Assembly (NCBI GenBank): GCA_950097015.1
Contig: CATNEN010000031.1
Location: 620,001-684,000 of the forward strand
Length of the DNA: 64,000 bases
Reading direction: 5' to 3'
DNA from: Macrostomum hystrix
Lineage: Eukaryota; Animalia; Platyhelminthes
The notes beneath the pieces were generated by a model. That model did not search any database, was not told the DNA's origin, and saw only the letters and a list, made by a program, of their open reading frames with translations. The number at the start of each line of letters is the position of its first letter. Within the stretch, counting starts at the first letter, position 1. Position numbers and translations under genes: made by a program. Positions 25,375 to 39,469 of the stretch are shown here, piece by piece.

Positions 25375-26206
25375 CCACTCCACTCCCGGCATTTAGCTGC
25401 TGCTCTTGGCTCACAGCTACTCCACTACTGTCATTTTGCTGCTGCTCTTGGCTCACAGCTACTCCACTACTGTCATTTTGCTGCTGCTCTTGGCTGACAG
25501 CTACTCCACTACTGTCATTTTGCTGCTGCTCTTGGCTCACAGCTACTCCACTACTGTCATTTTGCTGCTGCTCTTGGCTCACAGCTACTCCACTACTGTC
25601 ATTTTGCTGCTGCTCTTGGCTCACAGCTACTCCACTACCGTCATTTTGCTGCTGCTCTTGGCTCACAGCCACTCCACTACTGTCATTTTGCTGCTGCTCT
25701 TGGCTCACAGCTACTCCACTACTGTCATTTTGCTGCTGCTCTTGGCTCACAGCTACTCCACTACTGTCATTTTGCTGCTGCTCTTGGCTCACAGCCACTC
25801 CACTACCGTCATTTTGCTGCTGCTCTTGGCTCACAGCCACTCCACTACTGTCATTTTGCTGCTGCTCTTGGCTCACAGCTACTCCACTACTGTCATTTTG
25901 CTGCTGCTCTTGGCTCACAGCTACTCCACTACTGTCATTTTGCTGCTGCTCTTGGCTCACAGCCACTCCACTACTGTCATTTTGCTGCTGCTCTTGGCTC
26001 ACAGCTACTCCACTACTGTCATTTTGCTGCTGCTCTTGGCTCACAGCCACTCCACTACTGTCATTTTGCTGCTGCTCTTGGCTCACAGCTACTCCACTAC
26101 TGTCATTTTGCTGCTGCTCTTGGCTCACAGCTACTCCACTACTGTCATTTTGCTGCTGCTCTTGGCTCACAGCTACTCCACTATCTTCATTTTAAGCTGC
26201 TCTCAG
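25375..26206. repeat. 42-bp minisatellite (~19-20 copies), intergenic
   Basis: Unit CTACTCCACTACTGTCATTTTGCTGCTGCTCTTGGCTCACAG, with degenerate first and last units. Confidence 0.97.
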
Positions 26207-27556
26207 TTAGCTTTCAATTCTTACCTAACTAACTGCTAATAAAAATCGCAGTGTTTTTAACCTAAGTGAAACCCTTTAACTCAGATAAAAATAAGGCCAA
26301 AGATAAGAAATTAAGACAGACTAAGCAGTAGTCGTGAGCTATTTAAAGTAGATCAGTATAGAAGGCATGCATTTGAATCGCAGTCGAATCATTCATTATG
26401 CACAGCAGGCAGATATATATTTTGTGCAAAGAGCCAGGCGAGTCGGCAAAAATATTCAGCTAGTTAATATCCGCACAGAAAAGGGAGTAAAAGTGGATAA
26501 ACAATAAAATAACAATAAAACCTCATGTCAAAATACGCAGTTTAAAAAAGACGAGAACTAGCTGGAAGGGGCGGGCTAGACGGTAAGCCAAGCTGAAAGG
26601 ACAGGGAAAGGATTCGAGGGGATGCGCATAGATAAATCAGCCATTATATGCAGTGCAAAATCTGCAGGGCATGCCCGATTAGCTGCAAATGGCAGCCACA
26701 GTTCTGGGGGCTAAGTTCTGAAAATGTACTGCTTTTTGTGCAAAGGGAACATAAGACGAAACAAAATAGAGAAACAAACGATAATTAGAAATAAAATTAG
26801 GACTAGTAGATAATATTGAATTTAATATGAAGCTGGACGCGGTGGACAACGCGACAGGCCGACACCACTTGAGCAGCTGTGGAGTCAGCAGAGGCGGGGC
26901 GCGTGCCAGGATAAAGAATGTAAAATTATCACATTAAAAAACTACATATTGCACTTCCTCTCTCATTTAAATGTCATGCAGTGATTTGAAATGAAAAAAT
27001 AATGCAGCCCTGTTGAGTACAATAAGGGCAACACAACGAGAACAGAAACACAAATAGTAGGAGGGGAGGAAGAGACAAAAATCGCAATCTCACCCTAAGT
27101 GTCAGTCTCACTTAACTTTAGTCGTGTCAAAAAAATAAAAACAAGAATAATTGTACATGTAAATATGCAAGTATATATAAAACAAGAAAATACTGGAGAG
27201 CTGGCTGACATCAGAAATCTATCCTTCTTGCGCAGATCCTTTTTCTGAAAATTTACTGCTTCTTCGTGCAAGGGGAACATACTCGTAAAAGCAAACTATA
27301 GAGAAGCGGAGAAAGGAGTTTAGGAGCTTGCAATTTGGAAATCGGCACGCATTTTCAGTCAGCTTTCAAATATGGATTCCATAATGTGTGTAAATCAAAG
27401 ACATCTTAGTCTCTACATTTGCAATAGGATGGGTATATGAAAACATGTAAACAGGCAGCGTTTTAGTTTACCAAATCTAAACTTTTTGCTAGTGTGAAAA
27501 GAATCAGTCGAAACCCACAACAATGTTAACTGGCGTACACAGGTATATATTTCAGA

Positions 27557-30500
27557 CTACTTGAAAACCTTCGGCTTAGGCGCCACTTTAGGCGGCGGTT
27601 TCGCAGGAGTGCCGCTGACTGACAAGGATGAGGAGCTTGGCACCTCACTGCCTGCCCCCGGCGTCAACGTTGAAGCATGAGCAGCTGCCACTGCTGGTGG
27701 AGGCATCGCAGCGACATTTAAAGCTATCGGAGATGCCATTAGCGCTGTTGCCACAGAACAGGTCTGGGTAGGCGGTGGAGGCGTCGGCGCAGAGGTCTCC
27801 GGCCAGCAGCGCCGCACACGCAGTGTGTCAGCGTGGCCTTCCAGAGCGAACCTATCAGCGGCTGTCTCCGGCAGATCTGAGACCAGATCCGGCGCACGCT
27901 TAGCCGCTGGCAGATGCACCTTGGCGGTGATCAGTGCCTGTGGATCAGCGTAGGGCGAGTCCGTATCGTAGGTGAGCATCTCAAGTCCGGCTATCACCTC
28001 CTGCAATGCCTGGTCGATGCTCTGCATGTCAGCATCGACCGATGCTTGTGCCGCCGCAGATACCGCGGGGACCGTTGAAGATGGTGACGAGGGTGACTTT
28101 GAGAGCTTTGTGCCTGCCGTCGTAGCTGCTGCCAACGCCGGAGTCACCGTTGTCATCGTCACTGTCGCCGGCTGAGAAGGCGGAGCTGAATGCGGCATCC
28201 TTGACGCAGTAAGAGAGGACGCTAGAGCCGAAGATGATATAGGAGCTGAAGAGGATGATATTTTCGGAACATGAGCCGGCTGTTGGTGGTGACGCTGTGC
28301 TTCAGCACCAGCTGTGTTAAAGGCAGAGGATGCGGATGGCGTAGAGCTGGCTGGTGCAAGCGGTGCCACCTGCGGCATAGCTTGCAGAGCGATCGGGGCT
28401 ATATTTTGTGGTGCAGGGGGCTGAATAGTTTGTGGCACAGATGGTGATGCAGTCTGAAGCACATCCTTGGCTAGCTGGTCGCATAAGGCTGTCGCCGCCT
28501 GGGTGCTTTCAAGACATGTTGTTACAGCCACTTCCGTTACTGATGAAGTTTTAAAAGTCGGCGAAGATGTAGTTACTGGCGATGCTTGCTGCTGCGGCTG
28601 CTTCTGATTATGTTGTCGGTTTTGCTGCTGCTGAGTACAAGCGGTTGAAGCGTCGGATTCTGCTGCAGACTGCCGCAGCCTGGCCACATAGGCGTCAGGA
28701 ATGAGGCCCTCTTTGCCAGTGGCGTTAACCCCACGCAGCCATTCAGCCGTCAGCCGACTGACTACAGTGAGAACATCGCCCTTGCCGAAGCTGAGTTCGC
28801 GCGGCGTGCGTGCCTCAAAAGCGTACTTGGCTGTCACCATGTAGCCGCTCTCCGGCTCTGTAAAATTTGATGATGACAAAAAAATAACTAGTTTCATGCC
28901 ACAGCAGCCTGACGGCATCACGATTGAGCCTGCATCCGTTACATGGAGCATATAAGCCTGACATTTTGGACAGGCTACATTTTCTCCTGCCACTGTAGCC
29001 TGGCAATACTCATTACTCAGCCTCTAACTAGTATTGTTTTATTACTGACCCACTCTAATTTGTGCATCCACCCACAAATCTTTTTTCTGTAAATACTTAG
29101 CGATACACCTTCATCATCGCCCTGGTTTAACAAGTCCGTTAACATAATACATAAGCTTTCTACCCACCACTAGCTGCTCAGTCAAGCTATCAAGGGCGGA
29201 TAGCTCAGTCAGTAAGGTGTCGGACTCTGGATCAGATGGTCCTGGGTTCGACTCCCGACCTAGTCTAGAACTATTCGTGCAGCCTTTGGCAAGCTGCTTT
29301 GCCCTGATGTGCACACAGTCTACTCAGCTGCAAATGAGTACCGACATTTCGTCGGGTAATAATAATTCCGGCTGGCGTGGAATAAAGCAGTTCTGTGCGG
29401 CAATTCTGTGGGGTTTGGATGCTGCCGATATGTTTGGAAAAATAAATTCCATTGCTGACACGCGGCTGTCAACCGATGTCCGAGAGAGCCGGGGAGTACA
29501 ATAGGTGTGCAGTCCCCACCTGCTAGTGTGCCTGACACACAACACCTGCACTGGCTCTTGGGTCTAGTGTCAATTATTATTATTACTAGCTGCTCACCAA
29601 TCTCTGAGCAGACCGATTGCTCCTCTTCGTCTTCCACATCGAAGTCGTCCTCCAGCCTCTTTCGGTAGATTGGCCCAGGAACATCTTTGCGTACAAAGAT
29701 CTCAGACTCGTGCTCTATGACAATCTTCATGAGGTGAGTGATGGAGCCCTGGTAAATCACTGGGTCCCGGTTCGTAGGCACAGGTAGAAGTGAGGGTGCC
29801 AAGCAAATTGATAGGTTGTAAGAGTCCATCAGGTTCTCGTCGGCAAATTGGGACAGATGGTTCAAGAAGGCGAAGATAAATCTGTAAACGCAATGATATC
29901 CTTAAATATAAAATTTTTTTCTTTCAAAACAGGCCGTTATGCATATCTACTAAACAGCTTTTAAATTATTTTGTGAATTAGTACAGTTCGCACATGTTGA
30001 AAAGTTTCTCAATGTGAATCTGTCAGTATCTGCAAGAGACCTGCACAGCTAAAAAATGCCGACGGCGCTACTTGTCAGTAGTATTATCACTGTCGCCGCG
30101 GAAGAATCGGATTAGATTAGATTAAATTAGTATAGACGCAGCTCACCTGAGCACCCGATAGCAATTTGTTGTGAGTTGAAGGAAGAGCTGCCGTAGGCGC
30201 ACAATTGCCTCAGTGATGCTCTCTTTCTTCACACAGTCCATCAGATCGTCAAACAGCCTAGCCGGGAAAATGGGCTCCTCAAGGTCGCGCAGGTAGCACT
30301 TTAAAACTCCCGCGGCGGCGTTCACATCGCGACCATCAACGGCATTAGCAAAAGGATCCTCACCGCGTTCGAAGGCCTCTTTAAGCCTGTTAACTTCTGA
30401 TTGTGAGCCCGGCACCCTATAGTGGTTAAAGAATGTGATACCAGCTGTTTTGGCTTGTTTGCTATGCCTAATTGATCATAAAATAAAAAGCTCACCTAAA

Positions 30501-33500
30501 AACGCCTTGATGGAAAAGACCGAACTGGTTAATAAGCCGAACGCAGGACAGCACAACAACCGGCATTTCAGTTTGATCGTCGAGTGAGCCGCCGAATAAA
30601 CGAGGCCGGCCGCCACCAATCAACTGGGCGTTGACTCTGATAATCGACTTGCGGCGGGGCTTCGTAGGCAGCGGAGGGGGCGCCGAGCCGCGCTCCTGGC
30701 CGAGGGCGCGCGAGATGGCGCCAGCCTTGGCGTGAAGTCGAGTCAGATGGCCGTTCTTGCGCAAATATTCATCAAATTTTGCTAAGTAGAATTCGCCATT
30801 TTCCCAGGCTCGCTTCTTATCATTCTCCTGTACATGTGGCTGCTGTCCGGAATCCGCTGTCCCAACAGAAGAGGCCGAAGACAGCGAGGAGCCGCGATCG
30901 TTGCCGGACTCTACATCACCGCCTGACACAAAAGTTCAGAGCGCAGGGGGCAGAGTTTGCTAGGATGGGAGGCTAAGGCAGCCGGTCTAGGCTGTGGGTG
31001 GGCCTATCGATCGATACGTAGCGGCGAATTTGGTAAAGAAGGGGCTGTGGCTGGAGGCTACCATTCTCGAATCGAATTTCCGTCCGCTGTGATGGACTCT
31101 AGTTTTTTAATATCGCTTGAATAATACTAGATGCTCTTGTAGTATAGGTGCCTGACCTGAGAGTTTTTGTTACTTGTCTAGGTCTCACTGTGAAACTATT
31201 ATTGATATGAAGAAATAACAGCGAGGGCTGTGCGGCATACAAAAACATTTATAGTCGGGTAGATTAACGCGTAAACTATTGAAAAACACTAAGAACAATG
31301 AAACGAAGATTTGCCTTTCCTGCCCGCCAAACACAGCTCACCGACTGCTCACATATAGGATCGAGATGGATCAGACGAAAATGCCTCGATTTTTTAAAGA
31401 GTTAAACAATAAACTACAACAGCAGGGCTAAGGGGCAAGCAATCAGAACACTAAAGGCTGAGAGAAAACAGTTCAATAATTATAAACTGAGAAGTGGCAG
31501 CAACTGAAGTAAACTAAGATTGCCGTGACTCACCGGCCTCCTTTCCGGCCCGGGTGAACAAGTCGCTAACATAAAAGTCGGGCACATTGATCTGAGCCAG
31601 CCACGACTGCTCGGCAGCTTCCAGTGTCTTCCAAAGCTCGTCAGACTCCAGGCTCGTGTCCTTAATACGGCTGCGAAGATTGCCGTAGCGCTCCTCAAGC
31701 TCTTTGAGCACATCCGTCTGGCTGGCGCACACCTGGCTAACTGGGTCACCTTTGTGAGCCTCAAACTGAAAAGATTTGGGCTCGGTGAACACGGACTTGG
31801 AGGACTGGAGGAAATGCAGTTTGTCCTGCCTGAAATTAGATTCAATTAAAAAGCAGTCACAATGCTAACCACAGAAGCTGCTAATATTTCGGAAAAATAA
31901 AACAGGCTGCACCTACTTAGCGTCAAGCTGATTCATAGTGTTCATGAAGTATCTGACAAAAGCTTCCTGCCGCTGCTTGAGAGTCTCCTCGGTGTTCAAA
32001 TGCATCATGGCAGCCCTGGCAAGTGCATTGTGAAAGCCACAGGCTAGGCAGTCCAAAATGTCTGGAACATCGTCGGCAAAGTACTTGCGCAAACAGGCGT
32101 TGGCGCTCTCCAGCTGCAGCAGATACTCGTTGCGCTCGCGCAGCGTTTTCTGGTGCGTTAGTTCGTGCTTGTCCCGCCGCTTTTCTATGTTCTTGTCCAC
32201 CTGCGCGTCGAGAATGGGGCAATTTAACATTACTGAATAACCAGTAGCTTGTAGCTTATTCGATAAAAAAAGTGATCTGTATTGACTGCCTTCAGTAAAT
32301 TTAGTGATCAGAGGCTTTAGGGTAAATAAAAAACCTGGAGAAAAAGAGAAAATCATACAACCTTTGATAATGCGGTCCACTAAAAACAGGCATCTTCACG
32401 GTCTTCGAAGGCCCATGAAGCTGGGAGTGGTACAGTAAGTTCTAAATAAATGACCAGGGAACAAAAGAATGGGCTATAAAAGGTACTGTGGAAATTCGCA
32501 AAAAAGCTGTGAAATAATTTGCAACATGCATATAAAGCGGAAACCAGTTCGTCATGCTTGATTGGAAACATCCTGACACAGCAATCTGCATGCCTTAGCG
32601 CAGCATACAATGGCTTATTTAAAGTTAGGAATAAATATGCAGACATGTTGCAATGTGCGCGAAAGAATTCAGCAATTTTGAATAGTAAGCGAGAATAGAG
32701 TTTTATGAAGAGGGACTAAGCATAGAAATAAAATGTTCCATACAGTGCCCTACTAGAATGCGCCCTGGCACCTATAATAAGCCATTCTCGAACTTAATAT
32801 ATAACTTTAAACTTAAAACCTGATAAAGGATGTGATTACAGGCTCGCGCTTGGAACAGTGGGTTCGGCTTGCAGAAAATAGAATCCTATAAAGCGATAAG
32901 TTAACTGTTAAAACTAGCTCGCCATACTGATATTAACAGTACTCTTGCAATAAACTTAGCAGCAGCAGTGGGAATCATAGTGTAAGCGACTAAGACTGAA
33001 AGGCAAATCAATGCTAATCAACGCATAACAAGACAACTAGAGCCAAATAGAGTCAAGCCACATGTGGACTAAATGCAGGCGCATCAGTAGCCAATCTATC
33101 TGTCTCTATCTGCAGAAGGGGGGCAAATTGGCAGGAGCCAACTGCAGAAGAACTGACTAGAGACGCTAGCTGAACAAACACCTCTTTGTGGGATGGATCC
33201 AGGCGCAGGCAGGAAGGTGAAAACCTAGGCAAAAACAAGTGCATACACAGCTTGATACACACGGCAGTATGAAGGCTAGGACTGGAAGTGAGAGCCAAAA
33301 AGACCTCAGGCTCAATGTGCAGACGCAACCAGACCCAGGATTGCCATGTTGTTTGGGCCTCATAGCTACGCTCCTTCACTTTTTCTTAACGTTGCCTTAT
33401 TCTAAAGAAGGCAGTCGCAAAACTCGGCGCTCGCAACTGCGTCAGGGGCAACCTGACCGGAAGTCCGCTGTGCTACAGACCAGATTTTTATGCATTGCTA

Positions 33501-36500
33501 CACAGCTACTACGCCAATGTAGAACTATATCACTGCGACAGAATAAACAGTCAAAAGCAGAGAAACAGCCAACCTTGATGTTCAATATAGCTTTATGCCT
33601 AATAGATTTATCTAAACTCACAATCGAAAGCGAACTAAGCGAAATATGCGGTTATTTCTCTACTGCTCTCCCACTGTCTTTTACTGTAACTTTGAAATTA
33701 AGCTTAACAAGCTTACTGCAAAGAAAGCATGGCTTTTATTCTACAGTCTGTACTTAAAAGCCATCTTTTAACTCTACGAAAACGTCGCAAGAAAAAAAAT
33801 TTATTGACAACACCGACTTGTCTTTTTGGGGTATTCTATTAAGTAGAATTCCGGCCAATTATTATCCAGTGCACAAGCCCACCTGCTTAAGCCGCTTCTC
33901 CTGGCCACCGCTGGTTTCCTCAATGCGCCGCCGCTCGTCCCGCACAGCCGTCAGCTTAGCCTCCGCTTGAGCCGCGTGCGACCTGGCAATATGGTAGTTT
34001 TTTAGCGCCTGCGCCAATTGCTTTACGTTGTCCACCAGCTCCTCCTGGCTGGCAGCGCACATCTCGCGGCATTTACACAGTAGCTTGGCCGAATTGTCGC
34101 GGATGTCCAAGAACCTCGGCGCCATCTTTGCACTAAAAATCTTGGCTACTACGCCATGATTTACGCTTTGGCTGTGTGTTATGCCCAGCACTGTCTTATA
34201 AAATTTGAACAGAGAGTAGCAATTTGCGCCAGAGACAAATCGCGTGCGCTCCAGAAGGTGCAGCTTCTCAACTCGAGATAGAAAAAGCTTCTTTAAATCT
34301 TTGGAGTATTGCTCCTCAATCTCGGCCCTACGGCGATAGAATTCGTTCAGCTCCAGAAGCATGGCGCTCTCCCATTCCATGCGGTTGTCAACAAGACGCT
34401 GCTGCTCAGAAAGCTGGACGCGCAGTTCTAGTAGTGGGGAATGTGGGTTTCTATCATAATTAAGGCACACTGACATTGGTTTGGTACTAAATATAAATGC
34501 TAGATGTTATTTGGACAAATAAAAACATTACATGCATAGAAAAGGTATGAGTGATTCTTTTAGTCATAAAAAAGACAAAATACATGAAAATAAGCATAGT
34601 TAAGATCTTAATGCCATAAAACCATTAGCTAAATTAGCAAACAGAGAGGGGAAATTTCAAACTATTGTGATATTATTCAAATATTATTTGTTCTAATAAA
34701 CTGTCTTAACAATCAGTGCATTTACAATGCACATAATTTTACATTTCAAAATTATGCAAATTTCTTTTATTTTATATGCAATTTTTTTACATTTAAACTG
34801 ATATGTTGCCAATTTCATTTGCCTTTGATCTTTAACCATAAAGAGCTTAAAGTATTGTCCTAAAGTATGGGAATAATTGAAAAACTTGAAGTAGTTTATT
34901 GATTAAAGTTCAAAAAGTCACAGAAGGCAAGGTCTTGTTAGCAAAATGACTTCCACTCATCTCTGCAATTACTATAAACTAATTTACTGTTACAAGTATT
35001 TAATTTAATGTCACACTTTAGGAAATTCAGGCCAACACATATTTGAGACGAAATTGCAACTCAAATTAAGCAAGGAGTGTATTAAAAAATTAAAATATGT
35101 GAATGTGAATCTCACTTGTCACCAGGGTCTTCAGCAAGAATCACTGAATATCTCAACCATGCTGGCTTATATGGCTTTGAAAGTTCATCATAAAGGGCAG
35201 AAATGTTGATTCAGACAGTGGACTTTCACATAAATCAGTCATTTGGTTTTGGGAGCTATTGTGAAATAGGCAGTAGGTATTTGAAATACCCCTGCTGATG
35301 GTTTTCTCCAGTGGAAAATAGTATGATCTTTCTACTCTTAAGGGGCATGTTAGGAATAAAATTACTAAGGAGTTAGTAAAACAGGAAATAATTGGCTTTA
35401 GAAACCATTTTAGTAGTGATACAGCTACTGGGAGGATGCTGGGATATATTCCCTTTACTAGGCAAACCTATGTCATTTTGGTATTCTTTTGTTTCTTGAT
35501 CTCCATTCCTAGGCACTTCTGTTATACAATCCCCATGTAAAAGTTGCAGTTAAAGAGTGGACAAACAGATAAAATGCTATAAAATCAATGTCCCTGTAGA
35601 AACCATTTTCTAGTGGTTATTATTTTTTTAGTATTGAGTGCCTAGTTCAACTGAAACTCAGCAAACTAACAGAACCCTATATTCACTTTTGTTACTAGAT
35701 TTTTTAATAGAAGAATATAATTGAAGAGTATCAAGTACACCATTTTACCTCCTATTTTGACCAAAGTCTTGTTTATTTTGAATTTCAAGTTTGTGCATGC
35801 GCGTCACTCGGGACAATTTTGGCCATAGACAGTCTGAATTGAATTTCTTCTGTTTCAATAGAAAGGGACTTTGTTTGAACTGAATTTCCAGAAGCACTGA
35901 TATTTCCTAAAGTGTTTGAATTGAAGTTCTGTTTGTTTCTTTTGAACAAGTCTTTGACTTTGGTAAAATGGTGTAACAACTTTAAGTTTTCAGAAGATTT
36001 GTATTATGATCCCCCCAAGTTTAAAATTCTTTAGTCTGGGATTGTGTAACAATAGTATGTTTCTCATGAACAAATTATTATAATGTAGTTCTTTCAGTAC
36101 ATTTGTAAACATGCCACATCACTCACTTTCCTTAAACTATCCTATAATAGTAAAACACTGTCATCCAAACCTTAAATTTTTTGTAAAATGAAAGTGAGGG
36201 GGTGATAGGCCTCCGATTTATTGTCTTTTTTTGTTTCTTATTGTTTCTTGAGCAATGCACTGGAAGAACTACAAGGGGTGTTAAAAAGTCTTTGGATTTC
36301 TTTGCATAACTCTTTTTAACAGCTGGCAGTAGTAACAGTAAAATTTTTTTTTTCACATTGGCTTTAGAGACAAATTAAACTATTGAAATTACTTAAAAAA
36401 TATCACTGTTCAAAATTTATGCCTCCTTGACTGTAGTGGGGTCACACAAGTGAATATGTACGTATGTTGAGTTTTAGTTTAACTAGGCACTTGACAACAA

Positions 36501-39469
36501 GTTTTGTTTTGCACAAAGAGAAATTTTGCACTCACTCTTGTTACATGATCCTCACCTTGCCAAACTAAGTTGCAATCAATTGGGAAAGAGTGAGGACAAG
36601 AGAAAGAGAAGAGAAATGAGGTATGCATTACCATTTTTATAAGTACAAGCATGCCTTGTGTGCTACCCCCTAGTCTTTCAGTGTGGTAGCACATAGGTAA
36701 GTTGCAAATCTGGATAAAAACTAAGTTGCACCAGACAGGTGAAATTTTGAGGTTGGGCATGAATAAACACAAAAAAAATTAATTGCTATATGTTCTTTTG
36801 CTTTCAGTTATATTTTGCATACAAACAATTTAGTCTTTTCTTTTTGAAAATCTATTATATATTTTTCTAATTATAATTATCAATGACAATATCAATTTTG
36901 TCTTGATGTACATGTTTCTGGATACCATGCTGGCATACACTAGCATGCAATTAAAACACAGTCTAACCTTGGCATGCAAATATAATTTTCCCTATTTACT
37001 TTCTGATATACACCCTCATGATCCAGATTATGGCTTAGGCAGGCAAGGCTAAATATTGTTGGTGCCCATACATGCGCAACACCCGGCTGACCTGGCCAAA
37101 CTGGCCGACCTGGCCGGGTGAAACGAGGGCCAAGCAAGGTAAGTCGCAAAAACCAATCAACCAAGCGCAAACAAATCAAAGGGGGGACCAAGGGACAAAA
37201 AAGGAAGGTGTGAAGAAAAGGAAAAGGAGAGAGAAAAAGAGAGCAAATGAGAGCAAACTAAGTCATAAATAGAGCAATGAAACAAACTAAGTCGCAAATG
37301 AGAGCAAACTAAGTTGTAAATAGAGCAAAAACTAAGTTGCACGGCCGGCTAAGATTTGGGAGGTTGCACATGTATGTTGGTGCATGTAATGGTTCCCCGA
37401 TACATATTCAGATTTATATTTGAAATATAACACTCTGGCTCTGTCATACCAAATCACATGAAAATTTACAGTCTTTGAACAGCAAGCGAGTTATCAGTGC
37501 ATATCAAATTTGGAGTCGATTCATAGTACAGTTCAAAAGTTATTCACATCTGAACTGTGCTCGCCTATCTCTGCAATGCATTTATATTTATATTCAGAAT
37601 AGAGCCACTTTCACTGCATCAATTTCAACCAAACTTTACAGTGTTCGAACAGCAAGCGAGTATTCACGTCTGAACTGTGCTTGCCTATCTCGGCAATGCA
37701 TTTATATTTATATTCAGAATAGCTAGCCACTTTCGCTGCATCAATTTCAACCAAAATTTACAGTCTTTGAACAGCAAGCGAGTTATCAGTGCATATCAAA
37801 TTTGGAGTCAATTCGTAGTACAGTTCAAAAGTTATTTACATCTGAACTGTGCTAGCCTATCTTCGCAATGCATTTATATGCAATCTTAGAGGCCATATTT
37901 ATATTCAGAATAGAGCCACTTTCGCTGCATCAATTTCAACCAAACTTTACAGTCTTTGAACAGCAAGTGAGTTATCAGTGCATATCAAATTTGGAGTTGA
38001 TTTGTAGTACAGTTCAAATTTTTGCGAACCCACCGGTACATTTCCCAAATGCAACTATTGTGTAATACTATCCACCTCACTTCCACCCCACTTACTATAC
38101 AATGCGGGGCCAATCAGAATGTGGCAGGGCTCGATCACACACTGCGCAGTGTGAAGCATAAAGGTTGGATAAATGGGGACTTTCCATCATGGTTCACTTG
38201 CATGTTTGTTTTCTCCACTATAAAAACCCATAGTTTTTCATAGCGCACTAGCTAAATATAAAAGAACAAACAATAGCAATATTAAAATTAATGCAGAACA
38301 ATGATCGTACAGCTAAATTGCAGATTCACTTTCCACACTATTTTGCAAGAGAAATCTTCTGTGATAGCAAGAATTCGGGATTAAGAAAAGGCGATCGAGA
38401 CAGAATTTATAGACAAATGCAAGGAGGAGCTGTCAATGACTTACATATAAATCTTAAAAAGAAGTCATAGTCTTTCCTTACCATATGCTGGTAAAGTGCA
38501 AGTACAGTAAAAAGGACAGGGCTCAATAGCCTCTGACATATTGTTTACGCCCATAGACTATACCAGTAGACCCACAGTCTCTTCCTTTTTGAAGAGAAAG
38601 ACTGTATGTCCGACGCCTTGAAACTCCAGACTTTATGTGTGAATTAAAGTGTGAAGTTCACACTCAATTGATAATTTGATTTCATTCAATAGTGGCCTCT
38701 TAGAACTTTTAAGAGGTTTGGTTTTCTTTCCACTCACCAACACAGAGTTTGTGTCTCGCATCTCATACGACTGAGGGTGTTAAGGATGATTGGGAAGCTA
38801 AGAATAAAAAAGCATCATTCTGTACCAGTAAGCAGCTACCAAAAGGAAATTAATGAAACATGCTAAAACATTTATTGATCATGGCTGTTCGAAGACTGTA
38901 AAGTTTGGTTGAAATTGATGCAGCGAAAGTAGCTCTATTCTGAATATAAATATGGCATCTAAGATTGCATATAAATGCATTGCGAAGATAGGCAAGCACA
39001 GTTCAGACATGAATAACTTTTGAACTGTACTACGAATCGACTCCAAATTTGATATGCACTGATAACTCGCTTGCTGTTTGAAGACTGTAAATTTTCATGT
39101 GATTTGGTACAACAGAGCCAGAGTGTTTGTTATATTTCGAATTTAAATCTGAATATGTATCGGGGAACCATTACATTGTTGGTGCCCCCTCTGTTAGTGC
39201 TAGTGCTATTGTCAAGATTTATCTCAGCAAGTACATTTCTTGGCTATGCCTTGAATTTTGGCCCATTTACCATTTTACTGTGTGACTTGAAATTTTAACA
39301 CAAAAAACTTTAATTTCATGATGTGATATCTATAACTTAGGCCTAAGCTTTACTTCTAGGAATAACATTGTAAGTAGAACTGAAGTTCTAAAAGATATAA
39401 AAACTTACCCTTGATTCTTGACTCTAAATCAACAAGGGTATCCTTGTCTTTTTTTGCTCGAAAGCTCAT
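27557..39469 (-). CDS. SRGAP: SLIT-ROBO Rho GTPase-activating protein (F-BAR, RhoGAP, SH3), 1155 aa; exons 39469-39409, 34427-33883, 32200-31917, 31829-31534, 30922-30496, 30416-30147, 29881-29598, 28857-27557
   Basis: N-terminus MSFRAKKDKDTLVDLESRIKELRVQLSEQ matches the srGAP start. F-BAR RNEYLL; GAP HQGVFRVPG...AAGVLKCYLRDL...ENLMDSYNLSICLAPSL; SH3 AKYAFEA...ELSFGKGD...EW...GLIPDAYV. Eight GT-AG exons total 3468 nt in frame. Confidence 0.93.
29194..29586 (+). mobile_element. tRNA-derived SINE, antisense in the last srGAP intron
   Basis: A box TAGCTCAGTCAG, B box GGTTCGACTCC, body motifs CCTTTGGCAAG and ACTCAGCTGCAAATGAGTACC (resembling conserved SINE central domains) and an (ATT)n tail. 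Confidence 0.8.
37067..37376. mobile_element. hAT-type MITE (copy 2)
   Basis: Same TIR and body as 5020-5291; TSD TTGGTGCC / TTGGTGCA (7/8). Confidence 0.88.
37384..39176. mobile_element. Long-TIR foldback element (MULE-like, non-autonomous) in srGAP intron 1
   Basis: ATGTAATGGTTCCCCGATACATATTCAG... at the left end is the reverse complement of the right end over ~300 bp, with internally tandem subrepeats. A 9-bp TSD TGTTGGTGC appears once the adjacent MITE is removed. Confidence 0.8.

Noticed and set aside
16693-26206. CRISPR-like appearance of the regular arrays
   Set aside because: Units are head-to-tail with no unique spacers, there are no cas genes, and the context is eukaryotic.
25335-26239. 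Three 270-290 aa repeat ORFs (e.g. SQEQQQNDSSGVAV)
   Set aside because: A 42-bp unit open in several frames on both strands. The Q-rich frame is closed by TAA just upstream and no exon partner was found.
29194-29270. tRNA-Gln(CTG) gene
   Set aside because: A and B boxes and an anticodon arm are present, but the acceptor stem does not pair and the sequence continues into a SINE body and tail.
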